In this document: positions 8,823 through 18,434 of the stretch, piece after piece
Layout of the letters: each line of letters starts with the position of its first letter
Numbering within the stretch: position 1 is the stretch's first letter
From: a virus
Lineage: Duplodnaviria; Caudoviricetes
Strand: one strand, 5' to 3'
DNA length: 64,000 nt
IMG/VR virus record: IMGVR_UViG_3300003320_000853
Notes under the pieces: model-generated
Seen by the model: only the letters and a program-made list of their open reading frames with translations
What the model was told of the DNA's origin: nothing
Database searches by the model: none
Translations under genes and position numbers: made by a program

Positions 8823-9549
8823 AGAACTAACCAAGATCACCGATGGGCTCAAGGCCTGCCCATGTAAGGATTGTGGGAAGATTTATCCTCCCTGCGTCAT
8901 GGATTTCGACCATGTTCGCGGGCAAAAACGAGCTGCGATTGCTGTTCTTGTTGCGCGCTGTGTCAGTCTTGAGACGCTCTTGGCTGAGATCCTCAAGTGC
9001 GACTTGAGGTGCGCGAACTGCCATAGAGTAAAGACCAACGCGGAGCGGCATTCGTGGCTCCAACCGCGTCAGAAGATGACCCCCTGGGTTCAGGCTCGCA
9101 GGACGGCTCTGAGAGCCGTCGCAGATGAGGCGAAGAGTGTCCCGTGTGGGGATTGTGGGAGCATCTTCCCAGTGTGCGTCATGGACTTCGATCACATCGA
9201 TCCCCGGACGAAGCGGTGCAACGTATCACGGATGATCCACAGTGAGATCAGCCTCCGAGAGCTTCGAGCTGAGATCGCGAAGTGCCGAATCATCTGCGCG
9301 AACTGCCATCGGATCCGGACACACGTGGAGGACGCCGATCTTGAGGTACCAACCTTCGGGGAGGACGACGCTCCGGAGATGATCGAGGACGAGCTTCAGA
9401 TCGGCGGCCGGAGCGTCGGGGGGAGCTTCGAGGGTGATGGGGGCGATGAGCTTGACCATGACCCCATCAGCTCTCGTCGTCCGGCTCTTCCGGAGGAGGA
9501 ACCTCCTCTTTCGGCTTCGGCTTCGGAGGTTGCGCCATGTGCATCTTGA
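8605..9549 (+). CDS. HNH endonuclease with two tandem HNH domains
   Basis: Two copies of PCxDCG..PxCVMDFDH...EIxKC..xCANCHR. Confidence 0.85.
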   Translation: MPTCKCGEVNEGRFYRRQNGSFRTPCKACIKLRRTAYDQKNSVPLKNHRTQYLLRNREHTNARNLRRMNFRREELTKITDGLKACPCKDCGKIYPPCVMDFDHVRGQKRAAIAVLVARCVSLETLLAEILKCDLRCANCHRVKTNAERHSWLQPRQKMTPWVQARRTALRAVADEAKSVPCGDCGSIFPVCVMDFDHIDPRTKRCNVSRMIHSEISLRELRAEIAKCRIICANCHRIRTHVEDADLEVPTFGEDDAPEMIEDELQIGGRSVGGSFEGDGGDELDHDPISSRRPALPEEEPPLSASASEVAPCAS

Positions 9550-10054
9550 TCGCGACCCGCATCTCCTCCTCGTCGCCGGTGGCGCGGAAGTCCGAGAAGG
9601 CGTGGCAGAGCTTCTCCTGGAGCCGGTGCACGATCTCATCGGTGACGGCGACGGCGCGCCGGACGGCCGCGAAGTAGTTGTTCACGAATTCGGTGAACTC
9701 GACTTTCGATCCGCCGATTGCCTCCTGGACTTCGAACGGCATGGTCGAGGTCGCATCGACCGCGAAGTCCTTCCGGTACTTCGTTGTATGCTCGAACGCC
9801 TTGCCCACACACCCCACAGCACCGTGGACGTAGAGGATGCCCGGCTCGGCAAGCCAGGAGACCTTGAGGTTCACCGCGAGCGGAAGCGCCATGGAGACAC
9901 TTTCATCCGGCTGGCTCTTACGGGGTGTGGTGGCGTAGTAGAATACGCCTACTGGGAAGAGCCCGGACTGGAGGACGTGTCCCACGATGGGCATAGGCTG
10001 GGGGGACGAGTTGTCTGGAATCTGGAAGCCTTCGAACGTGGAAGCGAGCGACAT
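9467..10054 (-). CDS. Hypothetical protein
   Basis: ATG overlaps upstream stop; coding-like codon use. Confidence 0.7.
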   Translation of the reverse strand: MSLASTFEGFQIPDNSSPQPMPIVGHVLQSGLFPVGVFYYATTPRKSQPDESVSMALPLAVNLKVSWLAEPGILYVHGAVGCVGKAFEHTTKYRKDFAVDATSTMPFEVQEAIGGSKVEFTEFVNNYFAAVRRAVAVTDEIVHRLQEKLCHAFSDFRATGDEEEMRVAIKMHMAQPPKPKPKEEVPPPEEPDDES

Positions 10055-10353
10055 CAGGACTCCTTGGCTGCAAGATAAAGGGCCGTAGCAAGCCGGTGCT
10101 TGCAGTGAGCGCCCCGCTGCGTCGAGTCGGGGCAGTTGCACGTGGAGGTCTTGGCCCCCTTGTTGACGCGAACGATGTAGCTCGCGCCCTCGGAGCCCTC
10201 GACGAAGAACACGTGCGGCATCCGGCCGGGGGTCACGTTGGCCACCAGCGCCGCCGCCCTGTGAAGGCGGTCGGTCAGATCGGGGTGCTTCGCCGCCCAA
10301 CGGGCAACGGTCGCGTTGACAGCGGCAGCGGTAGGAGCTTCGTGGGCGGGCAT
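10054..10353 (-). CDS. SWIM zinc-finger protein
   Basis: YxV..CNCPD....CKH motif; GCTGTAG element upstream. Confidence 0.8.
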   Translation of the reverse strand: MPAHEAPTAAAVNATVARWAAKHPDLTDRLHRAAALVANVTPGRMPHVFFVEGSEGASYIVRVNKGAKTSTCNCPDSTQRGAHCKHRLATALYLAAKES

Positions 10354-10383
10354 GGCTCTTCTACAGCGGGACCCTTCCCCGGA

Positions 10384-10617
10384 TCAATCTCTTGCCTTCG
10401 TCACCAAGGTCTCGACGAGCTCGACCTTGCACCGGACGTTGTACAGCTTCTCACAGTGTGGGCATTCGTGCCCCATGATTTCGATGACCCCTCTCCGCGG
10501 TTCGTAGCACTCGATGTCGAAGTCATCGAAATGCGGGGAGAACATCTTGTGACAGTGAGGGCACTCGACCTTCTTGGGAAGGCCCAGCATCTGGACGAGA
10601 TTGACGTTCAGTCCCAT
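10384..10617 (-). CDS. Small Cys4 zinc-ribbon protein
   Basis: Two ECPHC motifs. Confidence 0.75.
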   Translation of the reverse strand: MGLNVNLVQMLGLPKKVECPHCHKMFSPHFDDFDIECYEPRRGVIEIMGHECPHCEKLYNVRCKVELVETLVTKARD

Positions 10618-10629
10618 GGCATACCCTTC

Positions 10630-10803
10630 CTACTGGCGCCGCTCCTGCCAGCGACGGCAAGCGTCAGCAATCTCCTGGACGAGCTGCTCATCGTACTCGA
10701 AATCGGGGTCCGGTCCGTCAGGCAGACCATCCCGAAGGGTCTCTTCGAGGTCGCCGAACGTGTTGCCGATGACCTCCAGATCCTCTTCGAGGGGCAGCGC
10801 CAT
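10630..10803 (-). CDS. Small acidic hypothetical protein (57 aa, MALPLEEDLEVIG...)
   Basis: Own translation; AGGAG upstream; fills gap. Confidence 0.65.
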   Translation of the reverse strand: MALPLEEDLEVIGNTFGDLEETLRDGLPDGPDPDFEYDEQLVQEIADACRRWQERRQ

Positions 10804-10812
10804 GTGGATCTC

Positions 10813-11994
10813 CTAGATGAGAACGCGGGTCGCGGGGATGTAGGGGGCGCCTTCTGGGCCCTTGATGTACGCCTCCCGATGGTACACCAGGACGGCGATC
10901 CATTCATCCGGCTCCCGGCGGATCCCCCGCTTCTGGAGGATCTCGAAATGCTCCTGAGCGATCGGCTGGATGTCGTAGATCACATACCCCCGCTTCCGGA
11001 GCTTGGCCCCGATCTCGCGATCGAGGGGGAGCTTGCCCTTCGCCACCCGGACGCAATCGTGACCCCGGACGTCGAAGCGGTGCGAGTATGTGAGGGAACG
11101 ACCCGGGCCGGCGAGCTTGCGAACGGCCTCCTCAGCGAAGGAGTCCTTGAGGGTGACGACGTAGTAGGGCATCGGAAGCGGGAGCATCCCGGCCGTTGAC
11201 CTCTTCATGATGGCCTTGCGGGACATCTTCACCCCGAGCCCGGGGTGTTCCAGCGTCAAGTGCTTCTTCTCGTTGATGGCCTCGACCATGAGGGGGATGA
11301 CCCACGGGTCAAGGTTGGCCGGCTGCAACCAATCGCACGGCCAGTCGTCGCGCCCGTATCCCGGAATGCTCCGATCGTTCGTATAGGTCACGACGAAGCC
11401 CACCCCGTTCACGGCGCGGCCCTCCATCTTCACCACGGCGTAGGCTTCCTTCACATCGCCCATGGTCCCGAGAACGAACCCATAGAGCTGAGCCGACCGG
11501 ACCCCCATGCCCCGGATCGTCTCGTCCGTGATCCGCATCGACGCCTGCAATGCGGAGAGAGCAAGGTGTTTGCCGAAGCCGATGAAGACCGCATCGAAGG
11601 GAATCTTCTCCGGGAAGGGGATCTTCTCGGCTGTGTCCCGGTAGACGCTGTAGAGATGGCGCGCTTCCTCTGTGGAGGTCGTGACCTCGTTCCAGCCGAA
11701 CCCGGCCAGCTCGCACGTGTGCACGTCGGCAAGGTGGTAGAACTTGGCGTATTGCATGGGGTCGAAGGCGAACACCCGAGCCTGGCTCAGAAGCGCCCAG
11801 ACCCGGCGGGCGTTCTCGGTCGCCTCCTTCCACGTGATCCCGTCGATCCCCACGGCGCGCTTGGATTGCGACCGGGCGGACTCGCACGCCTCGAAGTACG
11901 AAGCGACAGTCTCCTCGGCCAATCTCTTGCCGCTCGGGAGCTGCCGAAGGGCTTCCTCGACGGGGATCTCCTGGCGCACCAGAATGGGAGGCAT
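10813..11994 (-). CDS. Hypothetical phage-type protein
   Basis: 393-aa ORF; C-terminal HRFDVRGH...IKGPEGAP motif; GGTGTAC 9 nt upstream. Confidence 0.8.
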   Translation of the reverse strand: MPPILVRQEIPVEEALRQLPSGKRLAEETVASYFEACESARSQSKRAVGIDGITWKEATENARRVWALLSQARVFAFDPMQYAKFYHLADVHTCELAGFGWNEVTTSTEEARHLYSVYRDTAEKIPFPEKIPFDAVFIGFGKHLALSALQASMRITDETIRGMGVRSAQLYGFVLGTMGDVKEAYAVVKMEGRAVNGVGFVVTYTNDRSIPGYGRDDWPCDWLQPANLDPWVIPLMVEAINEKKHLTLEHPGLGVKMSRKAIMKRSTAGMLPLPMPYYVVTLKDSFAEEAVRKLAGPGRSLTYSHRFDVRGHDCVRVAKGKLPLDREIGAKLRKRGYVIYDIQPIAQEHFEILQKRGIRREPDEWIAVLVYHREAYIKGPEGAPYIPATRVLI

Positions 11995-12003
11995 GTACTA
12001 CCT

Positions 12004-12043
12004 GTACACCATTCTGGGGGTTGTGGCCTAGGTGTTGGTGTAG
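12004..12043. promoter_or_regulatory. Divergent pair of GGTGTA elements
   Basis: GTACACC at 12004-12010 and GGTGTAG at 12037-12043, 9 and 8 nt from divergent ATGs. Confidence 0.7.
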
Positions 12044-12051
12044 ATGGGAGC

Positions 12052-14361
12052 ATGGACGATTTCCAGATCATTGCGCTTCCGGGTTGGCCCCACAACGCGA
12101 GGCACGGGGTGGAGAGCATCCTCAAGGAGAGGGGTTTCGATCCTCCCGGCCCCGAGGCCAAGGTGCTCAAGTGCCAGGTCACGATCCCGGTGGTGGACAG
12201 GATCCCACAGGAAGACGAGGATCTGGACGGCGCGACGGCGTTCCTCGCGGCCAAGGCGTGGTCGTGGGGGCGCTACGTCTTCGTGAGCGGGGCGGGCGAT
12301 GTCGATCTCAACTTCTACAACTACGAGGCGCGCACAAGCCCGCCCATCGAAGAGAGCGACCCATTCATCCAGATCCGGGTGCTCGAAAAGCCCTACCACA
12401 AGAAGGTGCTGAAGACAGAGTATGAGGGGCACGGGGGTTGGCCCCATTACAACCGCAGGGAGCGGCAGGTCGAGGCGCTCGACACCTACAACGACCACTA
12501 CGACCACACGCTGGAACGCACCGTCCCCGGAGATGCGTGGAACTACATGAGGGTGCGGATCACGGTGGGGGGCGCCACCGTGGACACCGACCTCCGGTTC
12601 ACCCGGCCGAACTGCGGGCTGCTCGACATCAATGCGCTCACACAGACGGGCCTCCGGTTCCAGGCGTCCATCAACCTCTTCGGCCTGCCCCTCACGTGGG
12701 AGGAGGTCGCCGAAATCGACCAGTATGGCCGTGTCTTCTCCGAGGCTCACCAGTGGGAGGCCATCACCCGGTTGCTCAACGAGTTCACGATCGTCCAGGG
12801 GAAGGACGCCCTGTGGGATCGTTTTTTCCAGCGCCATAAGAAGCGCGCCGCGGACGACAAGGGCGTCAAGGGAGCGGAGGGCAAGAAGGGGATCAAGGAG
12901 AACCTCGCCCGGCTCGCGGCGGAGGAGCCCCTGCTCTTCGCGTTCTATGGCTGGCTCCACGAGGGCAAGACGAACGGCGGCACCAGCAACAACACGCTCC
13001 TCTCGGCCTTCCTTCTGTCCGCGGGCGCTGACTACGACGCCCTCAAGGGAGGGCTCCGCGATGCGATGGAGCAGGCGCCCGGCAAGAAGACCATCACCCG
13101 GAATGGCAAGGGCCACCGTGGCTTCTACTCGTGGAACTACGTCCGGGCGAAGTCTCCGAGGGATATCTGCCTCGACCTCCCCGGCGCGAAGCAGAAGAAC
13201 GAGGATCAGCGGGCGAAGCGGGAGTGGAACTTCCGCAAGGGGGCGCGGGAGCAGGCGATCGGGCTCGGGATCTCGCCGGACATCCATCCGCTGCTTCTCG
13301 CCGCCATCGAAGCGAACGAGATTTCACTCGGCATCTTCCACAAGCACGGCGACGAGATGGCCCTGGTCAACGTCGAGTTCGATCTCTGGGAGCGGGCGTT
13401 CGCTCAGCCGGGATGGAAGGAGGTGATCGTCGAGATCGCGCAGAACGCCTCCAAGCGGTCGACCTACGAGAAGGACATCACGCCGTACCTCGCGTTCCTC
13501 TTCCGGCTGCCGAAGTATCTCGACCGCCACACGGAGGCCGGGGGCACCCCGTGGAAGGCGATGCCGAAGTTCGTCAAGTCGGAGTGGGAGCTGGAGATGA
13601 ACGAGGCCGAGGGTGAGACGACGAAGCGCCGCTCGGCTCTCACCCCGGTCGCCGACAACAAGGCCCGCGTCGTCACCGTGCCCTACGTGGCCATGGCGAT
13701 CCACGGGATCCAGACGACCTACTGCTACTCGCTCGACTACCAGGTCTTCGAGGAGAATGACGTCGACCGCGAGAGCAAGACCATCATCTCGCGCGAGCTG
13801 GAGACCAAGCTCAACGGTCGCGACGACTACGGCCTGATGTACTACACGCTCACCGGCTCGGCGCGGAACACCGGGTACCCGGCCTTCCTCATCATCTTCG
13901 AGCGGATGAAGTCCCGCGGGAAGACTCGCGTCCACTTCCACCGGGTTCACCCGTGCCGCTCGAAGGAGGGCAGGCCCACGCCCGCATGCCGGCTCGTCGA
14001 GGAGTGCTACCGCTACATGGCGGGCAACGTGCGGGCCGAGGAAATCCACGCACAGCAGGGCGACCTCATCTTCATCAAGACCGACCAGAAGATCGACGTT
14101 CCCGATGACGCCAAGAACGTGAAGGAGTTCGAGAGCCACGCCTTCGTTCCCTTGGAGGAAGGGCAGCCGATCAAGCTCGTCGAGAACACCAACAAGTCGG
14201 TCAAGAACCGGCTCGGCTTCCTCGTTTCCGGTGGTGTCTTCTCCGTGCGCCACCCGGAGCACGAGAACATCAAGGCGCTCCCGGCGGGAATCTACGACGT
14301 GCGCCGGTGCAAGTCGTGGGAGGCCAATCCCAAGGCCGTCTGGGTGCTCACCATCGACTGA
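12052..14361 (+). CDS. Large hypothetical protein (769 aa) with His-rich C-terminal domain
   Basis: Start re-assigned to ATG 8 nt after GGTGTAG; C-terminal QQGDL..HAF..HPEH..LPAGIYDVRR. Confidence 0.8.
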   Translation: MDDFQIIALPGWPHNARHGVESILKERGFDPPGPEAKVLKCQVTIPVVDRIPQEDEDLDGATAFLAAKAWSWGRYVFVSGAGDVDLNFYNYEARTSPPIEESDPFIQIRVLEKPYHKKVLKTEYEGHGGWPHYNRRERQVEALDTYNDHYDHTLERTVPGDAWNYMRVRITVGGATVDTDLRFTRPNCGLLDINALTQTGLRFQASINLFGLPLTWEEVAEIDQYGRVFSEAHQWEAITRLLNEFTIVQGKDALWDRFFQRHKKRAADDKGVKGAEGKKGIKENLARLAAEEPLLFAFYGWLHEGKTNGGTSNNTLLSAFLLSAGADYDALKGGLRDAMEQAPGKKTITRNGKGHRGFYSWNYVRAKSPRDICLDLPGAKQKNEDQRAKREWNFRKGAREQAIGLGISPDIHPLLLAAIEANEISLGIFHKHGDEMALVNVEFDLWERAFAQPGWKEVIVEIAQNASKRSTYEKDITPYLAFLFRLPKYLDRHTEAGGTPWKAMPKFVKSEWELEMNEAEGETTKRRSALTPVADNKARVVTVPYVAMAIHGIQTTYCYSLDYQVFEENDVDRESKTIISRELETKLNGRDDYGLMYYTLTGSARNTGYPAFLIIFERMKSRGKTRVHFHRVHPCRSKEGRPTPACRLVEECYRYMAGNVRAEEIHAQQGDLIFIKTDQKIDVPDDAKNVKEFESHAFVPLEEGQPIKLVENTNKSVKNRLGFLVSGGVFSVRHPEHENIKALPAGIYDVRRCKSWEANPKAVWVLTID

Positions 14362-14367
14362 GGCCCT

Positions 14368-14799
14368 GTGACCCAGGCACAGATCATGGACAGGGGACGA
14401 TGCCCCGCTTGTGGCCGTAGGAACGAGCACATCACACCTTTCGTGCTCACCCTCGGGGGGTATACGGCACGTGCCCCTTGGTGCAATGAGCAAGCGCGCT
14501 GTCCGACCCTGTCCGTCGAGGAACGCAAGGATCCGGATCTGTGTGAATACCAGACGCGCCTCACGCCCAAGATGATCGAATCTCTTGACCCCGGGATTCG
14601 TGAGCGTGTTCTCCGGGCCCGTGAAAAGGGTTGGTCCACGCTGTTCTCCTGTGACGGGCATGGAAAGCACGACGCCTACATCACGTTTTGGGATGCCGCC
14701 CATCGTGACGAAGCGATGTCTTTCTTCGGAGGCACGGCCGAGGACAAGCAGAGCCGCTTGCTCGGCCCCCTTTACAACCTCCGCTTCCCGAGGGACTGA
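14368..14799 (+). CDS. Hypothetical protein with TxxSCxGH motif
   Basis: LDPGIR...GWSTLFSCDGHG. Confidence 0.65.
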   Translation: MTQAQIMDRGRCPACGRRNEHITPFVLTLGGYTARAPWCNEQARCPTLSVEERKDPDLCEYQTRLTPKMIESLDPGIRERVLRAREKGWSTLFSCDGHGKHDAYITFWDAAHRDEAMSFFGGTAEDKQSRLLGPLYNLRFPRD

Positions 14800-14969
14800 T
14801 GAACCCGGACGACAAAGTCTTCGATCGGTGCTTCTTCTGTCGGGGGGAGGGCTACTTCCCGCAGAAGAAGCCTCACATCTGCCCGGGATGCCGCAGCAAC
14901 TACAAACTCATGGCGCTCCTGCCTCCACCGACGGTCTGGGAGCGCCTCTTGGAGGAGGACGGTTTATGA
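14799..14969 (+). CDS. 56-aa zinc-finger protein with C-terminal tag ([15 protein letters not shown])
   Basis: Own translation [56 protein letters not shown]; start/stop overlaps at both ends. Confidence 0.75.
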   Translation: MNPDDKVFDRCFFCRGEGYFPQKKPHICPGCRSNYKLMALLPPPTVWERLLEEDGL

Positions 14970-15178
14970 TCATCTTCGGCTGGGTCGTCCTCGGGCTCAG
15001 CGTTGCGGGTCTCATCTTCATGCTCGTCATCGCATACTACGACGATAGACGCATGCGGAGGGAGATCGTCGCTCGCATCCGGGCCAGGGGCCCTCTCACT
15101 TCTTGGTCGGAAGCAGAAACTCCGTCCCAATCTCCGGCTCGAAGCGCGCCCCCGGACGCTCCCGGGGGAGATCCTTGA
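14966..15178 (+). CDS. Small single-pass membrane protein
   Basis: [25 protein letters not shown]; ATGA overlap. Confidence 0.6.
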   Translation: MIIFGWVVLGLSVAGLIFMLVIAYYDDRRMRREIVARIRARGPLTSWSEAETPSQSPARSAPPDAPGGDP

Positions 15179-15713
15179 AGCGGTACTTCCCCGGATACCT
15201 GGGTTCGGGACACGAACCCCCACAGCGGCGACACTTCCCTCCCGCCCCGGGCTCCGTAATCTGGCAAGAGCACGCCGAGAAAGGCCTCTTTGCACGGAAA
15301 CGGAGCATGTGTGCGGTCACATCCTCCACATGATGGAGGAGGTAGACAAGACGGCCATCCGAAGAGAAGACGGGGGTGTTCACCGGCTTCCAGTATCGCT
15401 CGACGAATGCACCCCCATCTTCCTCGGGGAGCTGAATGTCATACCTCTGCGTCGGCATGACATCCGGCCGTGCCCGGATGAGCGCTCGCTCCAAAGAGAG
15501 CCCCAGGTTATCAACCCCGGTCGCGCTAGGATCCTCTGGGGGATCAGGGAACGCGTCGAACAGTTGACGCCCGATCAGTTCCTCCCGCTTCCTCATCGTA
15601 GCGCGGAGGTACGCCTCGCTAACCGCAACGATCCATAGGTCGGGCGTGAGCACCAAAAAGGCGCCCGGAGCCCCCTCGAACATCGCCCGGAAGTCGGGAG
15701 GGAGATCGTCCAT
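15096..15713 (-). CDS. Stand-alone PAS domain protein
   Basis: [26 protein letters not shown]...FDAFPD...ERYW.PVNTPV...G....HHVEDVT, typical of sensor-kinase PAS domains. Confidence 0.8.
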   Translation of the reverse strand: MDDLPPDFRAMFEGAPGAFLVLTPDLWIVAVSEAYLRATMRKREELIGRQLFDAFPDPPEDPSATGVDNLGLSLERALIRARPDVMPTQRYDIQLPEEDGGAFVERYWKPVNTPVFSSDGRLVYLLHHVEDVTAHMLRFRAKRPFSACSCQITEPGAGGKCRRCGGSCPEPRYPGKYRFKDLPRERPGARFEPEIGTEFLLPTKK

Positions 15714-15814
15714 AGGGTCCTCCCATGCCCATTTGGGGGTCGATAGAAGGATCCTCGTCCCCCTGAACACAAGACCCGATCCCCTGAACGCAAGGGTTCG
15801 GTGTAAATAAGCCC

Positions 15815-16231
15815 ATGCGGAAAGTCAAGAAGGTGTTCGTACCGGGTGTCGTAATCCTCAACGAGAAGCACGACAGGTTTTACTTTCACGCGCCCGACGA
15901 GGAGACGCTTCACAGTGTGGCGCTCAGGATCCTCAAGGGGCGTGCCAGGCACAGCTACTGGTACGTCAAACCCGAAGAACCCCAGAAGCCAGATTACACG
16001 GATCCGAAGGAGATCGCCGGGCTTCGCGGGAATCTCCGGAAGACCGCGGAGGAGCAGCTCGCCAGGTATAAGGCGGAGCTGGCGTTTTTCGAGACCTCCA
16101 CGCTCAGGTTCGGGGACATCCAGAAGGCCATCACGACGAAGGATGGGGCTCTCGCCTGGAAGATCCTCCAGGAACGTTCGGGCTACGAATACGAGGAGAT
16201 CGTTTTCGAGCCCTACGCGACAAAGTATTAA
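15815..16231 (+). CDS. Hypothetical protein
   Basis: GGTGTAA 8 nt upstream. Confidence 0.75.
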   Translation: MRKVKKVFVPGVVILNEKHDRFYFHAPDEETLHSVALRILKGRARHSYWYVKPEEPQKPDYTDPKEIAGLRGNLRKTAEEQLARYKAELAFFETSTLRFGDIQKAITTKDGALAWKILQERSGYEYEEIVFEPYATKY

Positions 16232-16315
16232 CACCCAGATCGGGTGGAGGAGCGTCCCCGCGCACACGGTTGACGTTTCCTCCGATACGGCCGCCATGTC
16301 GAAGGAGACCACGAC

Positions 16316-16921
16316 ATGGCGGCGCACCCACTCCCTCCCCGGCCGTGCGCTCAGTGCGGCAAAGACATCCCCACCTTCATCCTCGTCGACGGCCACAAGC
16401 GGTACCACCGCGGCCGGAAGTATTGCTTCGACTGCAATCCGTTCGATAGCTACCGGGGGCGAACGATCTCAGGGGCGCTCCAACGCGACGCTCCGATCCG
16501 GACGTGCCGGCGATGCAAAGCCGATCTGTCGGCTGACGACTTCCACACGAACAATCGGAACCGAGGCTACAAAAACTCCTACTGCAAGGACTGCCAAACG
16601 GCTCGGATCCGTAGGGGGCGTCAGCAGTTCAAGGATGAGTGCATCGCCTACAAAGGGGGTCGATGTGAAAGTTGCGGCTATGACCGATGCCGCGACGCTC
16701 TCGACTTCCATCACCGCGATCCATCGGCGAAGGAGTTCAAGCTATCCAAACATCCACGCAAGGTGCTCGACCAGACACTCAAGGACGAGTTGGACAAGTG
16801 CTCCCTGCTCTGTTCCAACTGCCATCGCGAAGAACACGCGGATCCGAATGCGTTCCGCAACGGGGCAACCCCCAGGCGGTGTAAGGAAGAGGCATGCCCC
16901 GCGCCCGCACCTCTTCCGTGA
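16316..16921 (+). CDS. HNH endonuclease with N-terminal zinc fingers
   Basis: KGGRCESCGY..ALDFHHRDP..K...ELDKC.LLCSNCHR; same family as 8250..8822. Confidence 0.85.
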   Translation: MAAHPLPPRPCAQCGKDIPTFILVDGHKRYHRGRKYCFDCNPFDSYRGRTISGALQRDAPIRTCRRCKADLSADDFHTNNRNRGYKNSYCKDCQTARIRRGRQQFKDECIAYKGGRCESCGYDRCRDALDFHHRDPSAKEFKLSKHPRKVLDQTLKDELDKCSLLCSNCHREEHADPNAFRNGATPRRCKEEACPAPAPLP

Positions 16922-18012
16922 CCCCCACGACGACTTCCACGGCTCCCGTAAGGGAGCTTCTTTTGACATTTGACACAACAGGATCGATGTATCCCTGCCT
17001 CACCCAGGTGAGGCGCAACGTCGACGCTCTGATCCGCCGGCAGTTCGCCGAGATCCCCGGCATCCGGATTGGCGTCATCGCACACGGGGACTACTGCGAC
17101 GGGCCCCGGATGATCTCGAAGCACGACCTCTCGACCGACATGCGGAGCCTCTGCCGCTTCGTCGAGCGCGTCGAATCGACCGGCGGCGGCGACGCCCCCG
17201 AAGCGTACGAGGCCGTGCTCCACGAAGCTCGCGGCTTCAACTGGACGAGCGGGGAGAGCAAGGCGCTCGTCATGATCGGCGACGAGGTTCCCCACGAGGC
17301 GAGCGAGGCCCAGAACCGTCATCGCCTCGACTGGCAGAACGAAGCGAGGGCTCTCAACGACCTCGCCATCCGGATCTACGGCGTGCAGTGCCTCAACCGG
17401 CGGCACGCAACGCGGTTCTACCAGACGATCGCCCGGCTCTCCGGCGGCTTCCATCTCCAGCTCGACCAGTTCGCCAACGTCAACGAGATGCTCCTCGCGG
17501 TCTCGTTTCAGCAGGCGGGTCCTTCAGCCTTGGAGGGCTACGAGCGCGAGATCCAGACGTCGGGCCGGATGAACCGCAACCTCGACGACATCTTCGCCCG
17601 GCTCCGTGGGCGGGCCGTGTCAGCGTCGATGGGTGCGGCCGACCTCCGCGCCGTTCCCCCGGGCCGCTTCCAGGTGCTGGCCGTCGACACCGACATGCCG
17701 ATCAAGACGTTCTGCGAGAGCCAGGGCGTCACGTTCGGACGCGGACGGGGCTTCTACGAGTTGACGAAGCCCGAGCTGGTGCAGGGGACGAAGGAGGTCG
17801 TGCTCATGGATCGCCGGACGGGCGATCTCTACACGGGCTCCCGGGCCCGCGAGATGCTCGACCTCCCGCTCCACGATGAGGACGTGCGTCTCCGTCCCGT
17901 CCACCTGACGGAGTATCACGTGTTCATCCAGAGCACGTCGAACAACCGCAAGCTCGTCGGCGGGACGCGGATCCTCTACGAGGTGCCCGACTGGGACGTG
18001 TCTGCGTCGTAG
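16894..18012 (+). CDS. vWA domain protein
   Basis: MIDAS FDTTGSM, GGGDAPEAYE, IGDEVPH; GGTGTAA 9 nt upstream. Confidence 0.85.
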   Translation: MPRARTSSVTPTTTSTAPVRELLLTFDTTGSMYPCLTQVRRNVDALIRRQFAEIPGIRIGVIAHGDYCDGPRMISKHDLSTDMRSLCRFVERVESTGGGDAPEAYEAVLHEARGFNWTSGESKALVMIGDEVPHEASEAQNRHRLDWQNEARALNDLAIRIYGVQCLNRRHATRFYQTIARLSGGFHLQLDQFANVNEMLLAVSFQQAGPSALEGYEREIQTSGRMNRNLDDIFARLRGRAVSASMGAADLRAVPPGRFQVLAVDTDMPIKTFCESQGVTFGRGRGFYELTKPELVQGTKEVVLMDRRTGDLYTGSRAREMLDLPLHDEDVRLRPVHLTEYHVFIQSTSNNRKLVGGTRILYEVPDWDVSAS

Positions 18013-18021
18013 GAGAATGTC

Positions 18022-18432
18022 ATGCCCAAGGGTGTACCTGGAACCTGCTTCTACTGCAACCACCCATCGAAGCAGAACATCGTCTGGCTCAAGGACAGGG
18101 ACGGCAACCCGTCCAGACAGGTGGTTCCTTTCTGTGGAGACAGCGGACACATCAGGTTCATTGCGGGCTTTTGGCCCCCTTTCACGGGCCTTCGTGAGGG
18201 CGTCGACTACAGGTTCGAGGTGGCCGACCCGGAGTACCCCATCGTCAAGGGCGATGGGGAGCACGTGTTCTTCTCGTTCAAGAACAACGTTGACGGATCG
18301 GTCTCCATCTTCACACTCCCCAAGATCGTCGCCAGGAAGTTCGCCGACCGGGTGCGGGAGGCATCTCACGTGCCCGAGCCCGGCTGCACGGATTCGACCG
18401 ATCACTTCCGCGGTCACTGTGGGTGCAAATAG
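18022..18432 (+). CDS. Hypothetical Cys-containing protein
   Basis: ORF with AGGAG Shine-Dalgarno sequence. Confidence 0.65.
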   Translation: MPKGVPGTCFYCNHPSKQNIVWLKDRDGNPSRQVVPFCGDSGHIRFIAGFWPPFTGLREGVDYRFEVADPEYPIVKGDGEHVFFSFKNNVDGSVSIFTLPKIVARKFADRVREASHVPEPGCTDSTDHFRGHCGCK

Positions 18433-18434
18433 CC

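Noticed and set aside
11245-12051. N-terminal 269 aa of the 1038-aa ORF
   Set aside because: Antisense shadow of the 10813..11994 gene; the ATG at 12052 follows the GGTGTA element.
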